From Cyanophora paradoxa CCMP329 (lineage: Eukaryota > Plantae > Glaucophyta), in assembly GCA_004431415.1 (NCBI GenBank), contig QPMI01000513.1, positions 124,001 to 188,000 of the forward strand: a stretch of 64,000 bases of DNA. Reading direction: 5' to 3'. Made by a program: the position numbers and the translations under genes. Positions 45,820 through 58,300 of the stretch are shown here, one piece after another. The notes under the pieces are model-generated. The model was not told where the DNA came from and ran no database searches. It saw only the letters and a program-made list of their open reading frames with translations. Each line of letters starts with the position of its first letter. Position 1 is the first letter of the stretch.

Positions 45820-46516
45820 CTCCCTTTTCTACTTCAGCTTTGGTGGCACCAGGTTCAATGTTTCCCTTTTGGGTTTTTGTTTTCATTTCATCTACTGCCT
45901 GCTCATCGATTTGGTTCTCTTTCTTAGCAATAAACTGTTTATCTGGGACACCAGTGATTCCCATTTTATAAACTTCCTTTCGAAGCATCTCCTTTAGCTT
46001 GGCTCTCTCTTTCTTCTCAGTAACATACTGCTCCAAGGCACTTGATTTGGCTTCCAGATCTTTGAGTTTAGCAGTCATCTCATCCCATTGAGCCTTGGGA
46101 ATTCGATGAATATTTTGAGTGGGAGCAGTCTTGTATGTGACTTCACCAGCCATAGACTGAATTACCTTGTCTGATTCCTTACTAAGACCCTCACCTTTGC
46201 GAGCCAGTGAAAGATCTTGCAAGCCTAAACCTTTGTCATCAGCAGCCCCAATAATTCGCCTGGCACCCTCAGCAACAGACTTCATCTTTGCTGTCTCAGG
46301 GGAAATGTTCAGTTGGTCAGCAGTTGAACTTTGTGGGGCTTTGTCATCGACTGATTCCTCATAGGCAGCATTTAGGGGGTCTTCTTGGGGTTGTGAGGGT
46401 TTGATTTCGTTCATACCATTGAATTGCATTGGTTCAGTGTTAATAGATCCATTGTTTCCACCACCTGAATAGCCAACAGCCCCAGCTGGGATCCCTATTT
46501 TTCGTTTGGGAGGCAT
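45782..46516 (-). CDS. Hypothetical charged protein (possible core protein)
   Basis: 244-aa ORF starting MPPKRK, downstream of the ATPase. Confidence 0.65.
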   Translation of the reverse strand: MPPKRKIGIPAGAVGYSGGGNNGSINTEPMQFNGMNEIKPSQPQEDPLNAAYEESVDDKAPQSSTADQLNISPETAKMKSVAEGARRIIGAADDKGLGLQDLSLARKGEGLSKESDKVIQSMAGEVTYKTAPTQNIHRIPKAQWDEMTAKLKDLEAKSSALEQYVTEKKERAKLKEMLRKEVYKMGITGVPDKQFIAKKENQIDEQAVDEMKTKTQKGNIEPGATKAEVEKGVAPTVYKRRVWL

Positions 46517-46630
46517 TGTATCTTTATTAGAATGAGAGATAATTTTATAAACCGCGTTTATATCGCATCAATTTATTGCTATGGACTTGGCTTTTCACTT
46601 CTTTGGGGGCTTCCTCTTTCTCTGGTGGTT

Positions 46631-47326
46631 TCAGTTCATCTTCTTTCTTTTTGGCTTTCTGTGGAAGCGAGGAAATGGGAAGTCTTTGACAAGCTCAGCT
46701 TTATCTACAAAGTATTTAACTGAGTAGCCAGCAGAGGACCAAACGATATACTGATAGGAGTGGACATATTCTTCAAACATTTTGTAAAAGTCCTCCTTGT
46801 TTCGCATTATATTGTATTCTTCCTCTATGGCTTCAAGTTCTTTGCGATTAGCAGCACTCAGGAAAACAGCATAATCAGAATTAACTCGAATAGTGGAAGA
46901 GACTTTTCTGAGTTTCTGTGTAATGCAGATAATGGATATTTTCGAATGTCTGCCCCTACTGTACAGAGATGACACCACCTTGTCTCTTGTTAAATCAATT
47001 ATCTCATTATCAATTAAATCATCTAAAACAACACACATGTGGTTCACAGGTTCACCTTTTTCGATTTTCTCCTGCCTTTCATCCAAAAGCTTTGAAATGT
47101 AACCAGCATCCCATTTACCAAGTTCTACTGTTGCAACCTCTCTCCAGAAATGATTAAAGCTGGTCCCACTCACAACTAGGACAACATCAATAACTTTGGC
47201 ATCATGTAATTGCTTTAACCAATACTTTACACATTCGCTTTTTCCCGTACAACTTTTGCCTATAAAAATGGCTCTGAAAACACCTTTTATCATTTCAGAA
47301 ACATTAAACTCTTCTAAATCTTGCAT
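46631..47326 (-). CDS. A32-like DNA packaging ATPase, element B
   Basis: GKSCTGKS, VVLDD, GRHSKISIICITQ, IRVN. Confidence 0.95.
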   Translation of the reverse strand: MQDLEEFNVSEMIKGVFRAIFIGKSCTGKSECVKYWLKQLHDAKVIDVVLVVSGTSFNHFWREVATVELGKWDAGYISKLLDERQEKIEKGEPVNHMCVVLDDLIDNEIIDLTRDKVVSSLYSRGRHSKISIICITQKLRKVSSTIRVNSDYAVFLSAANRKELEAIEEEYNIMRNKEDFYKMFEEYVHSYQYIVWSSAGYSVKYFVDKAELVKDFPFPRFHRKPKRKKMN

Positions 47327-47385
47327 TGTTGTAGATCTTCCTAAATAAAGACAGATAAAAATAATGCATGGAGACTGAATATGGT

Positions 47386-48752
47386 CTATAAATTGATTCT
47401 ACGAACACCTGAACCGTCTATAATGAGGAAACTATGCATTAAAGCGCGAACTTGAACATTGATTGTCTTATCTGTGGGCATGTAGAGTGTGAGGAATGAA
47501 GATGAGGAATTTGTCAGGTCAACAAATCCACTTTGAGCAATATTTCGAATCGCCTTCTCTCCATCAATGCAGAAACTTAAACCTGAAAGGACATATTTAT
47601 CTGCAACCTTATCCATGTTAGAGCATTTGAAGGCATCAGCAATTAGCTCAGCTCCTTTGAGTAGAGAAATTGGCTCAGTGGCATAAAGTCGTTGTCCATT
47701 AATTTCAACAGTGAAAGTAATATCTTTGGAGTTGGCATAGGTCTTAAGAACACTGTGGGAGCCATTGGATTTGTCAACAGTCTCATAATCACGAACTGAA
47801 ACAAGCAGAGCATAGACAAGACCTGAGATTTGAGAGAGGTTAATTCGATTGGGCTGGGCATTGCCCTTGGCAGGGAAAGCAATGGCATCTACAAATCCAA
47901 TATCAAGGGAGGGAATAGCCATGCCAGTAGTCTTTACTTTTTCAATTACAGTAGCGAAAAGCTCATCAGAAACATTAATAGCATGCATGTAAAGGCGAGG
48001 AGAAGTAATTGAAATAGCAGGGGTTGTTGCACCAAGACTGAAAGTGGTGATGTTTTGACCAACATGGGCAAGTGTAGCATTAGCAGTATCACCAAGACCA
48101 TCATCTTCTGTCTTATCAGCAACTGTCCCACCAACAACAGGGAGAGAGCGACCACCATAGGAAGTTTCAACATAACCCTTTCCAGCATCCTTAAACCAAA
48201 CAGTAACAACCATTTCACCAGATAAAGCACCAAGGGGAAGGTAGTGATTTAGCCAAGGCACAGGGATTTCAACGAAAATGAGCCACCAAGTCGGTTGGTT
48301 CCATGAGCAGGGATTCCATGAACCATGCCCATTGAGCGTTTCTTTTTAGCTAGTTGATCCTCCGAATAATAGACCAGGGGGAAATGAGCAAGGAAATCAG
48401 AAGGAATGTGGTAGGTGTAAGATCCATAGGTAATTTCAAGTCGCTGAACTAAAGCACCAACTGGGCGAGTGTATCCATTGCGAACTAGATCTTCACCAGC
48501 AAAAGTGATTTCTGGTAGGTCGAAAGCAAGTTCGAGTTTTCCACAGAAATTGTAGCGAGGTAGCTTGAAGGAAATGCGATTTCCAACATTATTCTCAAAA
48601 GTATTGCTGGGATTCACAACAACTAGAACTGGCTTAGACTTGGATTCGAGACCAAGCATAAGGGAGTTATCCAGGAAAAAGGCTTTCGCCTCTTCTGGGG
48701 TTGTTAGGGCTTCTTTCAGCGAAAGTCTTTGAAGAGTGGAAGTGATATCCAT
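47386..48752 (-). CDS. Major capsid protein, element B; frameshift near 48255
   Basis: Two overlapping ORFs; ISFKLPR, YLPLGAL, INLSQISGLVYALLVSVR parallels ISLANVSGLVHAILMTVR of the element A MCP; lies between penton and ATPase. Confidence 0.8.
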
Positions 48753-48805
48753 TATATTCTCTTTTATTATACTGCAACATAAAAAATCTACCAATGATCC
48801 TTAAT

Positions 48806-49816
48806 TTATGCGAAGCTTGTAATAACTGGATAGGAAGGGTGAAGCTGCGACATTCTCATCTTAAAGTATTCATAAACTGGGTCTCCTGCTGGCTCATCAC
48901 CATAGCGAATTTCAAAGGTCAGATGAACAGGTTGACCCTCAAAATCAATTGGTTCATTTACAGCATTAACAATATCAACCGAGAAAGTGGATAATCCAAC
49001 CTTTTTATTATAGTATTTGTAAAGTGGGTGAGCTTCTGTTGAATTGTAAACAACATGCTCACCATAGTCTTTATCAGGGACCACTATTTTGTGAAAGTAA
49101 CCAGTCAGAAGACCATCCCCACATTGCACCAGATCACCCAGCTCCTTTACTCTCACAAACAAAACACTGTCCCTGGTCTTCTCAGGCTCAAAAGAAGATA
49201 AAATACCGTTTACTCGAGTCCCAGTAAAGATACCATCAGTGAGAGCATCATAAACTTGTGATTGGATTGAGGAATTGCCATATCTTCCAGGATCAAGACC
49301 AAGCAGTCTCCCTGAACTCAATAGCTTTTGAATTGTTTGCAGGTTTGGATTTACAGCAAGTGAGAAAGCCAGGTAAAAAGGTTTTTCGGAATGGAATACT
49401 ATTCGTTTCAGTGACTCATCCCATTTGCAGCGAAGAGATGGTTTAGGATTTTTTAAATCGAACTTTTCATTAATAACATTCACCAGTTGTTGGTGGCTTT
49501 GAATGGGGGCTTTGCGACTTATAATGATTTGTTTCCACTGTTCAAAGTCCTCAGCTGGGCGAACTGTGGGGATACCATCAATTCCAGCTCCCGCATATTG
49601 TTCAGAATAGTAAATACTAAATGAATTGTCAATTGTTACATCTCCAACTTTGGTTTCACCACTCACCATAGGGATGCTGTTATAAAATTCGGCTGATACC
49701 AGTCTCACAGCCCTCACATTCTCATAAGAACTTGGGAGTCTAGCCACAAAGCTTGATGTGGGACCATCACCAGAGATTGTATTAAATGAGCTAACCTCGA
49801 TGTAATCCACAGGCAT
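48806..49816 (-). CDS. Minor capsid protein (penton) 1, element B
   Basis: FVARLPSSYENVRAVRLVSAEFYNS; LFVRVKEL; IDFEGQPVHLTFEI. Confidence 0.75.
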   Translation of the reverse strand: MPVDYIEVSSFNTISGDGPTSSFVARLPSSYENVRAVRLVSAEFYNSIPMVSGETKVGDVTIDNSFSIYYSEQYAGAGIDGIPTVRPAEDFEQWKQIIISRKAPIQSHQQLVNVINEKFDLKNPKPSLRCKWDESLKRIVFHSEKPFYLAFSLAVNPNLQTIQKLLSSGRLLGLDPGRYGNSSIQSQVYDALTDGIFTGTRVNGILSSFEPEKTRDSVLFVRVKELGDLVQCGDGLLTGYFHKIVVPDKDYGEHVVYNSTEAHPLYKYYNKKVGLSTFSVDIVNAVNEPIDFEGQPVHLTFEIRYGDEPAGDPVYEYFKMRMSQLHPSYPVITSFA

Positions 49817-49845
49817 TCTTCTTTTATCTATATTTATATATTAAA

Positions 49846-50778
49846 ATGAATCGACTTGTTAATATTGATAGCAGGGATAGAAGCCAAGGACAAAATGAAA
49901 ACTCTTACAGGGTCACTCTCACAACTCCAGTAGAGAGACCAAGGGAATGTAGGGTTCTCTATGCAGAGATTCCAAACAGTATCTATAACAGTGTGGGAAC
50001 TGATCATCTAACAGTTCAGTTTAATTACCAAGATGGTTCATACAATGAAATCATCACACAGAAAGTGTATCCCCTTCCCAGTGGCTACATTAACCAGGGT
50101 CATTTTGGGGTAACACACCCTTATAATTATGGGCTGAACTATTCAAGCTTCCAAACCATTGCAGGCAAAACTGTGTTTTTTGAGTTCAAGATATTCTACA
50201 ATCCAACTACCTATAAAGTGGAGTTTTACAGTAACCATGAGTTCCGTTTTATTGCAAGCAACAAGCGAATAGGGAAGCTTTTGGGTGTGAGTTCTACTGA
50301 ATACACCAATGGTTATTATAGCACTCCTCCTGCTGGTGGATCTCCCTATCGACCTGAGAACCTTTTAAAGTATGATGGCAAACCTATTACACCTGATCAC
50401 CCAGCATGGGGAATCACCTTCTCAGGACCCAGACTCTCCTCAAAGCCCTTGCAGTATTATTTCACCAGTAATAAGATGTCTGATATGAATGCTGAGCAAT
50501 ATCTGTACATGCATATTAAAGAGCTGGTCCCCTTTGCCAGCAGACACAATATAATTCCGAAATCGCAACCACAAAACCAGGGAGCTATCCTAAGATTGCA
50601 ATTGAGTAAAGATATAGGTGGCTATGTTTACCATAGTGGTGAGCATGCAGAATTTATTCAAATCAATGACAGAAACCTGGTGATAAGGGAACTCACAGTT
50701 GAGTTTAAAGATTACTTTGGTGAACTGATTGATATGAATGGAATCGATAATTCGTTTCAGTTGGAGTTTATCGAATAA
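49846..50778 (+). CDS. Minor capsid protein (penton) 2, element B
   Basis: VNIDSRDR...YAEIPNSIYN; YLYMHIKEL; IDMNGIDNSFQLEF. Confidence 0.8.
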   Translation: MNRLVNIDSRDRSQGQNENSYRVTLTTPVERPRECRVLYAEIPNSIYNSVGTDHLTVQFNYQDGSYNEIITQKVYPLPSGYINQGHFGVTHPYNYGLNYSSFQTIAGKTVFFEFKIFYNPTTYKVEFYSNHEFRFIASNKRIGKLLGVSSTEYTNGYYSTPPAGGSPYRPENLLKYDGKPITPDHPAWGITFSGPRLSSKPLQYYFTSNKMSDMNAEQYLYMHIKELVPFASRHNIIPKSQPQNQGAILRLQLSKDIGGYVYHSGEHAEFIQINDRNLVIRELTVEFKDYFGELIDMNGIDNSFQLEFIE

Positions 50779-52323
50779 AGGCACCTGTAAAGTCAACTCT
50801 CATTGTGGGAGCATTCACATACACAAGGGGATAAATGCGAATATACTTGATTCTCAGAGAATAACCTATGTAAAAAGCATCCTTGATGCTGAGAGGGAAC
50901 CCACTCAATAGAGCCATATCACCTGAGTTGTGAGCATTGTTAATGTTCTCACAGACATATATTTTGTTTTGCCCATCTGATCGAATAAAAGACCAGTTGA
51001 TCCCATCAGTGGATGTTGCCACATTGAAAGTCTTAATAAAAGCATTGGTGTCCCCTGATCCATAGGCAATCACAGAAGAGAGTTCAAAAGTATATGGGAA
51101 AGCAACTTGAAGGTATTCAGTGGGGTTTCCCATATCTGCTCAGGAGCATAGGCTCCAGCTTCCCAGCCAAATGCTGAAGGTCTAGCCATGAAAGGCTCTT
51201 TACCTGTCACAGAGGATGATGCAGTAAAGGCATCATCTGCAAGCTGATACCAATTAGCATCTAAAGGAGGTGACTCTGTGAGAGTGGATGAGATGTAAGC
51301 CTTTGTAGGGTTCTTTAGTTCATAGTTTGCTACTAGTAGGCTGCAAAGCTTATTAATCATATCATTGTTTGCTGCAATGTATGTTTCAGTGAATGCTAGC
51401 ATATCTGGGATCTTAGAAGTGTCATCAAGGGAGCTTACTATGTGATTTGGAAGAGGGACTGATAACCTATAGTATCTCCCATAATCCTGATCATAGTTGT
51501 AGGGTAACAACTCCTCCATCTTATCAAGGGCAGAAAGCTCACTTGCAGCCATGAGCATGTTAATCAATGGGCTTCCATCTGTTGAGGCAATCCATGAGAG
51601 AATGCCCCAGCTGTTTACAGTCTCATAAGCATAACCCACATAATCAGACTCTAAATGTGGGTCCACCTCACCACAAGAGATACTTATTACTATAATATCA
51701 TCATCATCACTGTAAATCTTCTTTGCATGGCTGTAACCACACACACTGGGATTATTGTTTCCCGAAATGGCACCATCAATGAGACAGACAAATACCCCCT
51801 GATTGAAATCAACAATGCTTACAGGAGAGAAATATGTAGGAGCAGCAGAAGTAGCCCTAGCAGCAATCTTACAAGGCAGAAAGCTGTAATTGTTATCATT
51901 TGTGATAAATATTGGTTTCATATTCTGAGTATCAAAGGATGTAATCACAATGTCCTTTAGGGAATCCTGTATTAGTGATTCACCAGTAACTGAATTGATT
52001 GCAGTCTCCAAGGGTCCCACATCATACTTTGTGTTAAATAGGGCATTTTCGATGATATTTCGAGGATTTGCAAAAATCAAGGGCAGTTGAGTTAGGTAAA
52101 TGTTGTGTAAATCGTTTGCTGTCAGTTTAGGTTCACCTGGTTTATCAGGATGTCTTATATTCAAACCTATTGCAATGATCCCACCAGTGGAAGTTCCACT
52201 CACAAGATCCACAAGATCGATTATTCTTCTTCCAGTTCGATTTTCGATTTCTTTGAGCAGCCTGGTTATGATAATGCCCCTTGCACCTCCCCCTGATAAA
52301 GACAGGCAGATTTTCAAGGGCAT
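50768..52323 (-). CDS. Patatin-like phospholipase fused to an F5/8 type C (discoidin) domain; frameshift near 51130
   Basis: GGGARG, GTSTG, ATSAAPTYF, DGA; then FTASSS...EYLQV...STDGINW...YIRIYP...MRVDF. Confidence 0.88.
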
Positions 52324-52366
52324 CTTTTACTTATCAGGAATTTTATAAATCCATATAGTAAAAGCC

Positions 52367-55300
52367 ATGAGCTTCAATTACCCACCCAATCTAGAAACCA
52401 TTCAAGATGATAATGCAAGCAGCACCAAGCATGTGAACTTTGATAATATTAAAGTAAAGGGTTCAGTTTCGATTGACCACAGTTCCGATAATTCATCCAA
52501 GACTCAATCAAGGGAGCATGCTTTATCTGTGAATCAAACCGATCCAGATAAGGAGGAAGTCAGTGTTGCTTTTAGCTTGGGTAATGTGAAAGCAAACCAA
52601 GTGGCAGAGATCAAAGCAACAAGAAGGAGACCTAGGAAACTAAAAACCAGTGGCACTCACCCAGATATACCTTCCAGGTTTGATAGTGGTCGATTGATTT
52701 TCAATGTTCAAGATGAGCAGGGCAAACAGAACACAGCTTTGCGAATTTACAATGAGGGCAGCATTGCAAAAGCTGAGGTCCCCCAAGTATTGCAAGTGGG
52801 TCCCATTGCCAATACAAATCAGGTCTCCTACACAAATGATGTCTACCCAAGGATATTACATATGACTTTGCAAGGAATGAGCCTTTTGGGTTCTTTACTC
52901 CAAAAGATGTCCATCAAAAAAAGCCATCAATTACAATCAACAGTAGCCCCAGTCAGCCAGTAGCAATCCATTTACATCCTGATCTTGTTGAAATGGATAG
53001 GCACCTTTTGCCTTTGTATAGCAATGTGAAAGACCTTGGAATTCGAACCAGGCAATGGCGAAATATCCATGGCAGCAATGTGTATGCAAATGGTGAGAAG
53101 CTTGTAAGTGAGAAGACCATAAGAGAGATCTTTGAGTATTATGGACCTGTCCCAGTTCCCTTCCCTCTTCCATGGGATCCACCGGATTTAACACCGAAAA
53201 AGCAACCAGGCAGAGAGTACACAGCAGATGAGACAGTTCCTTTTGGGCAACACATTGTTAGTTGGGAGCAAGTTCGCAATAAACCTATAATTGAACCAAG
53301 AAAGCAAATAGATGAGCAGTATTTACCTCCTGAAGTCGATATATTAGAGCTTGATGAATATCAATTCGTTCCAGATGAGGAAGAGTATTTACCAGATGGT
53401 TTTGACCCACAAGAATATGAATATGATCAGTTTGACCCCAATGAGGAGGAGATACTACCAGATGGCTTAGATCCCCAAGAGTTTGAGTATGAGCAGAACT
53501 ATGAACCTGATGAGGAGTATTTGCCAGATGGGCATGATCCACCAGCTGTTGATTATGAGCAACCTTATGAACCCATGAGGAATTATTACCAGATGGATTT
53601 CGACCTGAGATCTGGGAGTTCTTTCCTGATTATGAACAAATTAATAATAAACCTGCAAAGTATCCCCAGAGGATCACAATCATGATTGGGATGAGATCTT
53701 AGGGAAACCAGAGAAATATCCACCAGAGGATCACAGACATGATTGGGGAGAAATTGATGGGATTCCAACTGAGTTCCCACCAAGCAAACATGAACATACT
53801 TGGGATGAGATCAATGACCAACCAGAATTTGCAAAAGTTGAGCCTCTTGCTACTCTGGGAGTTTCTCTTTACCAGACTTGCAATGTCCCTGAAAGGATCT
53901 TTTTGAATCACCACTATGTTCATGTGAATGGGACACTTGCGAATTCAGCTATGAGAGGACCACTTCATATTAGGACATTACCAGGCTCTTATAATCCACC
54001 ACCTGAACCAGGAGCAACCATACCAAATATCTTTGTGTCAAGCTACATGGAGGCTGACATTCCCACAGATACATTCAGAGTCCAACAGACCCAGCAACCT
54101 ACCAAATTACAACTCTGCTATACAGGTTCATGTAGCAGATGTAAGCAGTCTAGATGGATCAAGACCAATGATAGTTTTCAGTCGAGATAAATATTCCTAT
54201 ATTCCCATAGTGGGAACTGCAAATGATAACTATGGGAGGGCAGAGCTTGCATGGATTAAAACAGATTATGGTGGGGTTCTGGAAGCCAATCAGAGGATGG
54301 CTGCAAAAAACATACACAACGAAAATATTTCGAGAGTGGTCACAGAGGATTACCTTACTGCAGTAATCCTTGTTAATTTTGTAACCCTTGCTATGCTTGA
54401 TCAATTTATTACAGAAGCTGAACTTGCAGCAGAACTATCCAAATATCTCCCTCTTGTGGGTGGGACAATCACAGGAAACCTCACAGTTAATAGTAATATT
54501 TACAGTAGCAATATAGAGACCAGCAATTTGAAAGTAAATGGAATCCTCACAATTGGCTCTTGCAATTTCAATACCATGAATCAGGTTTACGAAGAATGGT
54601 ATGATGTCCCACCAAGCTTTGATCCAGCATCAAATATCTCGAACTGCATTTTTGCTTGGAAGGCATCAGGAGTACCAGGTCAATCAGCAATGTATACAAC
54701 TATAGTAAGCAGAGTCCCGAATTCAGTTGTTCCAGACTTGTTTATCTCCGGAGCCAGTTCCTATTACACCAATCCCGAAATCAACAACCAAGTTAGTGTT
54801 TCAAGCCCAACAGGCACTTTTTATGCATATACCTCTGCTACAAGAACTATTGATTTCTCAAATGGGCTTACATTTTTCTTTGTGGGAAAATATCATCCAA
54901 CTGCCTCTTCTATGCAAGTTCACTTGAGACTTTACAGAAGCGCCTTTCCATCACGATATTGTTATTATGGGGCAACATCTTCTACTGCTATTGGAATGAA
55001 CCAGTTCACTATTAATGGAGCATCCCAAAACGCCCAGTTATTACGGTTCCTTCTTTAATAAATACATGGTATTACACTGACCAAACAATTACTTCCAGCA
55101 GCTACACAGTCGGGTTAAATGGAGTAGATATTGAACACTTGTAGGAACAAATTATCTACCAGATAATACTGTCAATCATTTCGGATTTGGTAATATTGTG
55201 AATGGTGGTATTTCCGAGTTGATTGTTTTCAATAGGGCTTTGACAACTTCTGAAAAGAATGCTGTGAGGTATTACATTCAACAAAAATATGGATTCACTC

Positions 55301-58300
55301 ATACCCAGACTCTGAATATTTACAGAGGATTAAAAATAACCTCACCTGATACTGTAATAGATTACCTTACAGTTACAAGCAATGCAAATTTACCACATCA
55401 TCCAACCTCTAATGTGGTTCAAGGTTGGATTCAAAATCACACTCACACAAAAGCCCAGATTACAGATTTTGCCCATACTCACACAAAAGACCAAATAACA
55501 GATTTCGCCCATACTCACACAAAAGACCAAATAACAGATTTCGCCCATACTCACACAAAAGACCAAATAACAGATTTCGCCCATACTCACACAAAAGATC
55601 AGATCACAGATTTCGCCCATACTCACACCAAAGATCAGATCACAGATTTCGCCCATACTCACACAAAAGACCAAATAACAGATTTCGCACATACTCACAC
55701 CAAAGATCAGATCACAGATTTTGCCCATACTCACACCAAAGATCAGATCACAGATTTCGCCCATACTCATTTATGGGAGCATATCACAAATCCTCCATTA
55801 ACCTTCCCACCTGATTCACACACTCATGATTACTCAACAATAACCAATAGCAACCACAGACACCCTTGGAGTCAAATAGATGAACAACCAACTTTTGCAT
55901 CATCAGGCAATATTTTGACAGACTTTACAAATGGTGTGAGTCTCTACCAGAGTAATACCATACCTGAAAGGCTACAACTAAATGATTATTATGTCAATCG
56001 AAAAGGCATTGATGGAGGGACCACAATGGAAGGTGAATTATACATCAAACAACCAACAAGAATCCAAATGATTTCAGCAGGTGGTGTTGGGGTGATTGAT
56101 ACCAAACCAGGCATCTTCTTAACAAGTTATTATAATGAGGACATCCCATTGACATCAGGATTACCACCTCTCCCATCTGATCCAGCAGCATATGATGACA
56201 AGGATGCCATTATGCAAGTAAATGTAACAGATGTCAGTGCAACTGATGGCTCCAGACCTAAAATAATATTCAGTCGATCCAAATTCAATTATGTCCCACT
56301 TGCGGGACAACCATCAGATAACTATGGGAAATGCGAAATGTCCTGGATTAAAACATTAGCAGGAGGAGCCTTAGAAGTCAATCAGAGGATGGCAGCAAAA
56401 AACTTACACAATGAGACCCTCTCTGGTGTTGTTACAGATGATTATTTAGAAAACAAAGATTATGTAACAAATACAGAATTACAATTAGCTCTTACAGATG
56501 TTGTAACAGATACCGAATTAACAGCAGCTCTTGGGAATTATTTACCTCTTACAGGTGGAAATGTAACAGGAACTGTGAATGCTACCACTTTACAAATTGG
56601 TGGAACCACAATACCAAAAGGTTACGATTTCGACCAATTAGATGTGGTTTCGACAGATAGAAGCGCAAATAATTGGAATTTGAATTGGGTCGCAAGAACA
56701 GGACAAACAGGATGTTACACAACACCACATAATGATGAAGATTGCAGTGGTTGTTGGATGAGGTGGACAGTTCCAGAAGGTATGAAATCGTTTTACATTC
56801 AGCATATGCCGTGGGCGAATTGTCGATATTATGATATCTACGGGCAAACAGCCAATAATTACCAGCATTTCTTAAAACGTATAAATGCATATCAGGGAAT
56901 CCAGGCAGTTAATCAAGATGGGACACATAATACTGTTTTGTTTGCCTCAATCAATTGTGAGTTTTACACAAAGATATACATTCAAGGTCGAAAAGGTCGC
57001 ATTCATCTAACGGGTGTTTTCGGTTGGAGTAGACAGAGAGCAACAGATAATGAATTGGGCATGATCTCTTGGGATAATGTATTTAGTAAACCATCATTTT
57101 ACTCAGCCGCAGACCTTCCACAAACCGCAACATGGCCAACAAATACATGGTTAAAATCAGTAGATGCAGTCGAGCGAATTTGGTTTGGTAATGGTCAAAC
57201 AACATATATTCGAGGTTATGAAAATGGTGATGGTGTATCTGTCGAATTTAGAAACTCAGCGGATGCAGCAATCTTAAAATCATATGGTAACGGTAACTTT
57301 TGGGTGAATAATACTATTACAGCATCCACTATTAATGCTACTACCAAACTCCAAATAAACGGTAATGATGTCCCAAAGTTTCACACAGCAGATAAAACAG
57401 TAGGAGCAATTGAGTTTAATAGATGTTCTCAGGGTTGGAGCTATCACTGGGGGACATCATGGGATCCATATTATAATTATGGTTCATATGTCTATAATGA
57501 TCAATATGATGACCAAACTTCTACCGCTTGGATGGACTTCGATATTCCCGATGGATACCACACAGGAACAGCATTTTTAACTTATTTACCTTGGCAAAGC
57601 TCACGACTTTTTGAAATTTGGGGAGTTAATAGACAAGGAAATGAAGTTTTTATTACATCAGTGAATAGTTATCAACCATACGCCACATCTCCTGATAATA
57701 ACCATAGTGGTTTAAATAATGTTCCTATACATCTTGGTAATCGATTTCTCACAATTCGAATTAGACCAAAGATTGGAAGAGTTCATATTATGGGTATAAG
57801 TTACATGAAAATATGGGTTGGACATAGTTATGGCGGTCACACCGGTTATATTCATTGGAATAATGTTTATAGTAAACCAAATATCTTAACAGGAACTGTG
57901 GGGACTTGGTTTAGTTCAAGTGATGGATATAATCGTATCCATTTCGGTAACCAAACTTCTACATATTTGAAAGGAGGGGGAGATATTCCCCTTGTATTCC
58001 GAAATGAACAAGATACTGATATTTGTTACATGTATCATGGAGGATGGATGTGGATTGGAGGTTATTAACACAAGGAAGTGACATAAGATACAAAACCGAT
58101 ATTAAAAAGATATCCGGCGCTCTTTCAGCAATAGAGAAATTAGAGGGAGTGAGTTTTAAACGAATTGGAAGTGAAAAAGATGGAGTTAAATTAGGTTTAA
58201 TTGCACAAGATGTTCAAAAGGTAATACCAGAGGTAGTTAATGTTAAAAAAGACGATGGCTACCTATCTCTTGAATACACAGGTTTAATTCCAGTTCTCAT

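Noticed and set aside
55438-55761. 36-bp repeats as a CRISPR array
   Set aside because: No spacers; head-to-tail in-frame coding repeats with synonymous variation.
53680-58068. Diversity-generating retroelement template/variable repeats
   Set aside because: No reverse transcriptase seen; the duplicates are diverged at the protein level throughout rather than adenine-specifically.
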